From: a bacterium
GTDB lineage: Bacteria; UBA8248
Length of the DNA: 64,000 nt
Direction: 5' to 3'
Assembly: GCA_965203325.1 (NCBI GenBank)
Contig: OZ241875.1
Coordinates: forward strand, 2,176,001 to 2,240,000
Part shown: in pieces, positions 62,326-64,000 of the stretch
Numbering within the stretch: position 1 is the first letter of the stretch
Layout of the letters: each line of letters begins with the position of its first letter
Translations under genes and position numbers: made by a program
The notes under the pieces: model-generated
The model's database searches: none
The model's input: the letters and a program-made list of their open reading frames with translations, nothing else
Told to the model about the DNA's origin: nothing

Positions 62326-62925
62326 ATGAGCTGGATTCAGCCCATTTCCCCGGATGCCGCGGAGGGGGCCGCAAAAGAAATCATCGATGACCTGCGCAAG
62401 GCAGGAAAACCCATTCCCGGGATGTTTCTCGAGATGGGCAGGAGGCCCGATATTCTGGCCGGGCGTGAAACGCTCCGCCGCGCCGTTCATGGCGGCTCGA
62501 GCCTTGGTACTAGACGGGCGGAGCTCCTCGCTTTCTACGTGGCGGCTCACGGGGGGTGATACGGCTGAGCGATGAACCACGGGCAGTTGTTCCGTGACGA
62601 ATGCGATGACGCATCCATCGCCGAAGTAGCCGAGGTACTGGACGACCCGAAGCACGCGGGAATCCTCGACTCAGCGGACCGCACCATGCTCGCCTATGCG
62701 GAGAAGTTCACCCACACGCCTCACTCGATGAAAAAAACGGACATCGAAAGTCTGAGGGCCGCCGGCTTCAGCGAGGAGAGCATCGTGGACATTATCGCGG
62801 CCGTCTCCTACAGAAACTTCGCCAACTCGATCAACTACGCCTTCGGGCACGTGGAGCAAAATCCCGAAGGACCGAAAGAATTGCAGGATGCCATCGAGAG
62901 GTTGAAAAAGAAAATACGTGGCTGA
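62326..62925 (+). CDS. AhpD/CMD-like peroxidase-related protein with two in-frame TGA codons (candidate UxxU selenoprotein, 199 aa)
   Basis: ORFs 62326-62559 and 62572-62925 share a frame; junction GGG GGG TGA TAC GGC TGA GCG ATG AAC CAC gives G-G-U-Y-G-U-A-M-N-H at the position of the family CxxC..H motif; GGAGG RBS before 62326. Confidence 0.8.
62578..62596 (+). promoter_or_regulatory. Candidate bacterial SECIS hairpin
   Basis: CACGGG-C-AGTT-G-T-TCCGTG stem-loop starting 9 nt after the second TGA, with GU in the apical loop. Confidence 0.5.
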
Positions 62926-63661
62926 CAAATCACAATCCCTCTCATCAATATCGTATGTGGGTCTATTCATATCGGGTGCTTGCGCGCTGGTCGCCGTGGC
63001 GTCGGGCCTGGGCCATCGCTGGGAACTGTGGCATTTCAGCACGGGGTTCCAGATTTTCAAGTCCGCATCCGTCATCGCTCTCATCTCCGTCGCCGTCTCC
63101 ATGGCGGGTGGCTTGTTCGCTTTGCGAGACGCCTCCAGGCTCAAGACGCTGGCCGCCGCGCTCGGCATCGCACTCGGCTTCATCGTTGCGGGCTTTCTTC
63201 ACGCGCACATGCAGATCGCGAGACGGGTGCCCAAGATTCACGACATCACGACGGACACCCGGAATCCGCCCGCCTTTCAAGCCGTTCTCACGCTCAGGAC
63301 AGGGGCGAAGAACCCGCCCGCCTATGAGGGGGCGCGTATCGCGCGGCTCCAGAAAAAAGCGTATCCGGATATCAAACCACTTATTTTCCAAACTTCAAAA
63401 GAAGAAGTTTTCAAGCGCGCCCAGGATGCCGCGCACGCAATGAGCTGGCATGTGGTGTCGTCCAAACCAACCGAAGGACGCATCGAGGCCTATGACACGA
63501 CCTTCTGGTACGGCTTCATCGACGATATCGTCATACGGATCACGTCGAGCAGCGGAACGACGCGCCTCGACATCCGCTCGAAATCCCGCGTCGGCGTCGG
63601 CGACATCGGTGCGAATGCCAGACGAATTCGCGGATTTTTCGAGAAACTGAAAGTAAGATAG
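62918..63661 (+). CDS. DUF1499-family membrane protein
   Basis: N-terminal TMs, PKIHDITTD..NPP.F, Q..AYPDI.P, GRIEA...T.WYGF.DD, RSKSRVG.GD.G.NA.RI; overlaps the end of the AhpD-like gene. Confidence 0.85.
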   Translation: MADKSQSLSSISYVGLFISGACALVAVASGLGHRWELWHFSTGFQIFKSASVIALISVAVSMAGGLFALRDASRLKTLAAALGIALGFIVAGFLHAHMQIARRVPKIHDITTDTRNPPAFQAVLTLRTGAKNPPAYEGARIARLQKKAYPDIKPLIFQTSKEEVFKRAQDAAHAMSWHVVSSKPTEGRIEAYDTTFWYGFIDDIVIRITSSSGTTRLDIRSKSRVGVGDIGANARRIRGFFEKLKVR

Positions 63662-63733
63662 ACTCTGGTGTCTAATATTCATCGACGGGATTCACCATGA
63701 GACGATGCCTTGCACAAGGTGATGAGGGGTGAC

Positions 63734-64000
63734 ATGCCCGAATATCAGGTTCTGGGCAAATCCATACCGAGACTCGACTCCGCAGAGAAGGTCTCCGGAT
63801 ACGCCGATTTCGGCGATGATTTGAGAAGATCCGGCTGTCTCACTGCGAAATTGCTCCTGAGCCCGCACTCCCACGCCGAGATCAAGAAAATCGACACCAC
63901 CGATGCCTTGAAGGTTCCCGGCGTACACGCCATCGTCACGGCGGATGATTTTTCCGGTATCCGCCACGGCAGGCTCGTGCGCGATGAACCGCTGCTCGCC
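63734..64000 (+). CDS. Xanthine dehydrogenase-family molybdopterin-binding subunit, 5' part (runs off the window)
   Basis: Own translation: MPEYQVLGKSIPRLDSAEKVSG.A.F.DD...LLSPHSHAEIKKIDT..A..VPGV..IVT..D. Confidence 0.85.
   Translation, partial: MPEYQVLGKSIPRLDSAEKVSGYADFGDDLRRSGCLTAKLLLSPHSHAEIKKIDTTDALKVPGVHAIVTADDFSGIRHGRLVRDEPLLA

Noticed and set aside
62326..62925. Reading as two small genes, a pseudogene, or genetic-code reassignment of TGA
   Set aside because: The same frame, TGAs exactly at CxxC positions and the lack of a clear RBS before 62572 favour a single gene. Many other genes here end in TGA, so global reassignment is unlikely.

Overview
64-kb chromosomal window of a GC-rich diderm bacterium (Tol-Pal present; standard genetic code 11, with TGA used as an ordinary stop throughout). 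It holds housekeeping and envelope genes (glyA, galU, ligA, tolQ-tolR-tolA-tolB-pal-cpoB, a Slt-type lytic transglycosylase with anmK, nagA, bioD, class I fba-fbp, thiE-thiL) and many catabolic enzymes (an aldehyde:ferredoxin oxidoreductase operon, two CaiB CoA-transferases, three M20 hydrolases, amidohydrolases, an Fe-ADH, the start of a xanthine dehydrogenase-family gene). It also holds two type II toxin-antitoxin pairs, a Fic gene flanked upstream by two 3x12-bp repeat arrays, and a cluster of REP-like palindromes. The standout is at 62326-62925. The ORF track splits this into two ORFs, but it reads as one AhpD/CMD-like (peroxidase-related) gene in which both cysteines of the CxxC redox motif are in-frame TGA codons (G-G-TGA-Y-G-TGA-A-M-N-H), followed by a SECIS-like hairpin. 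It is a candidate double-selenocysteine (UxxU) selenoprotein, and it lies near a yqeC-like selenium-cofactor gene and a molybdenum hydroxylase gene. I found no rRNA, tRNA, CRISPR array or transposase. All calls come from motif recognition by eye; no database searches were run.
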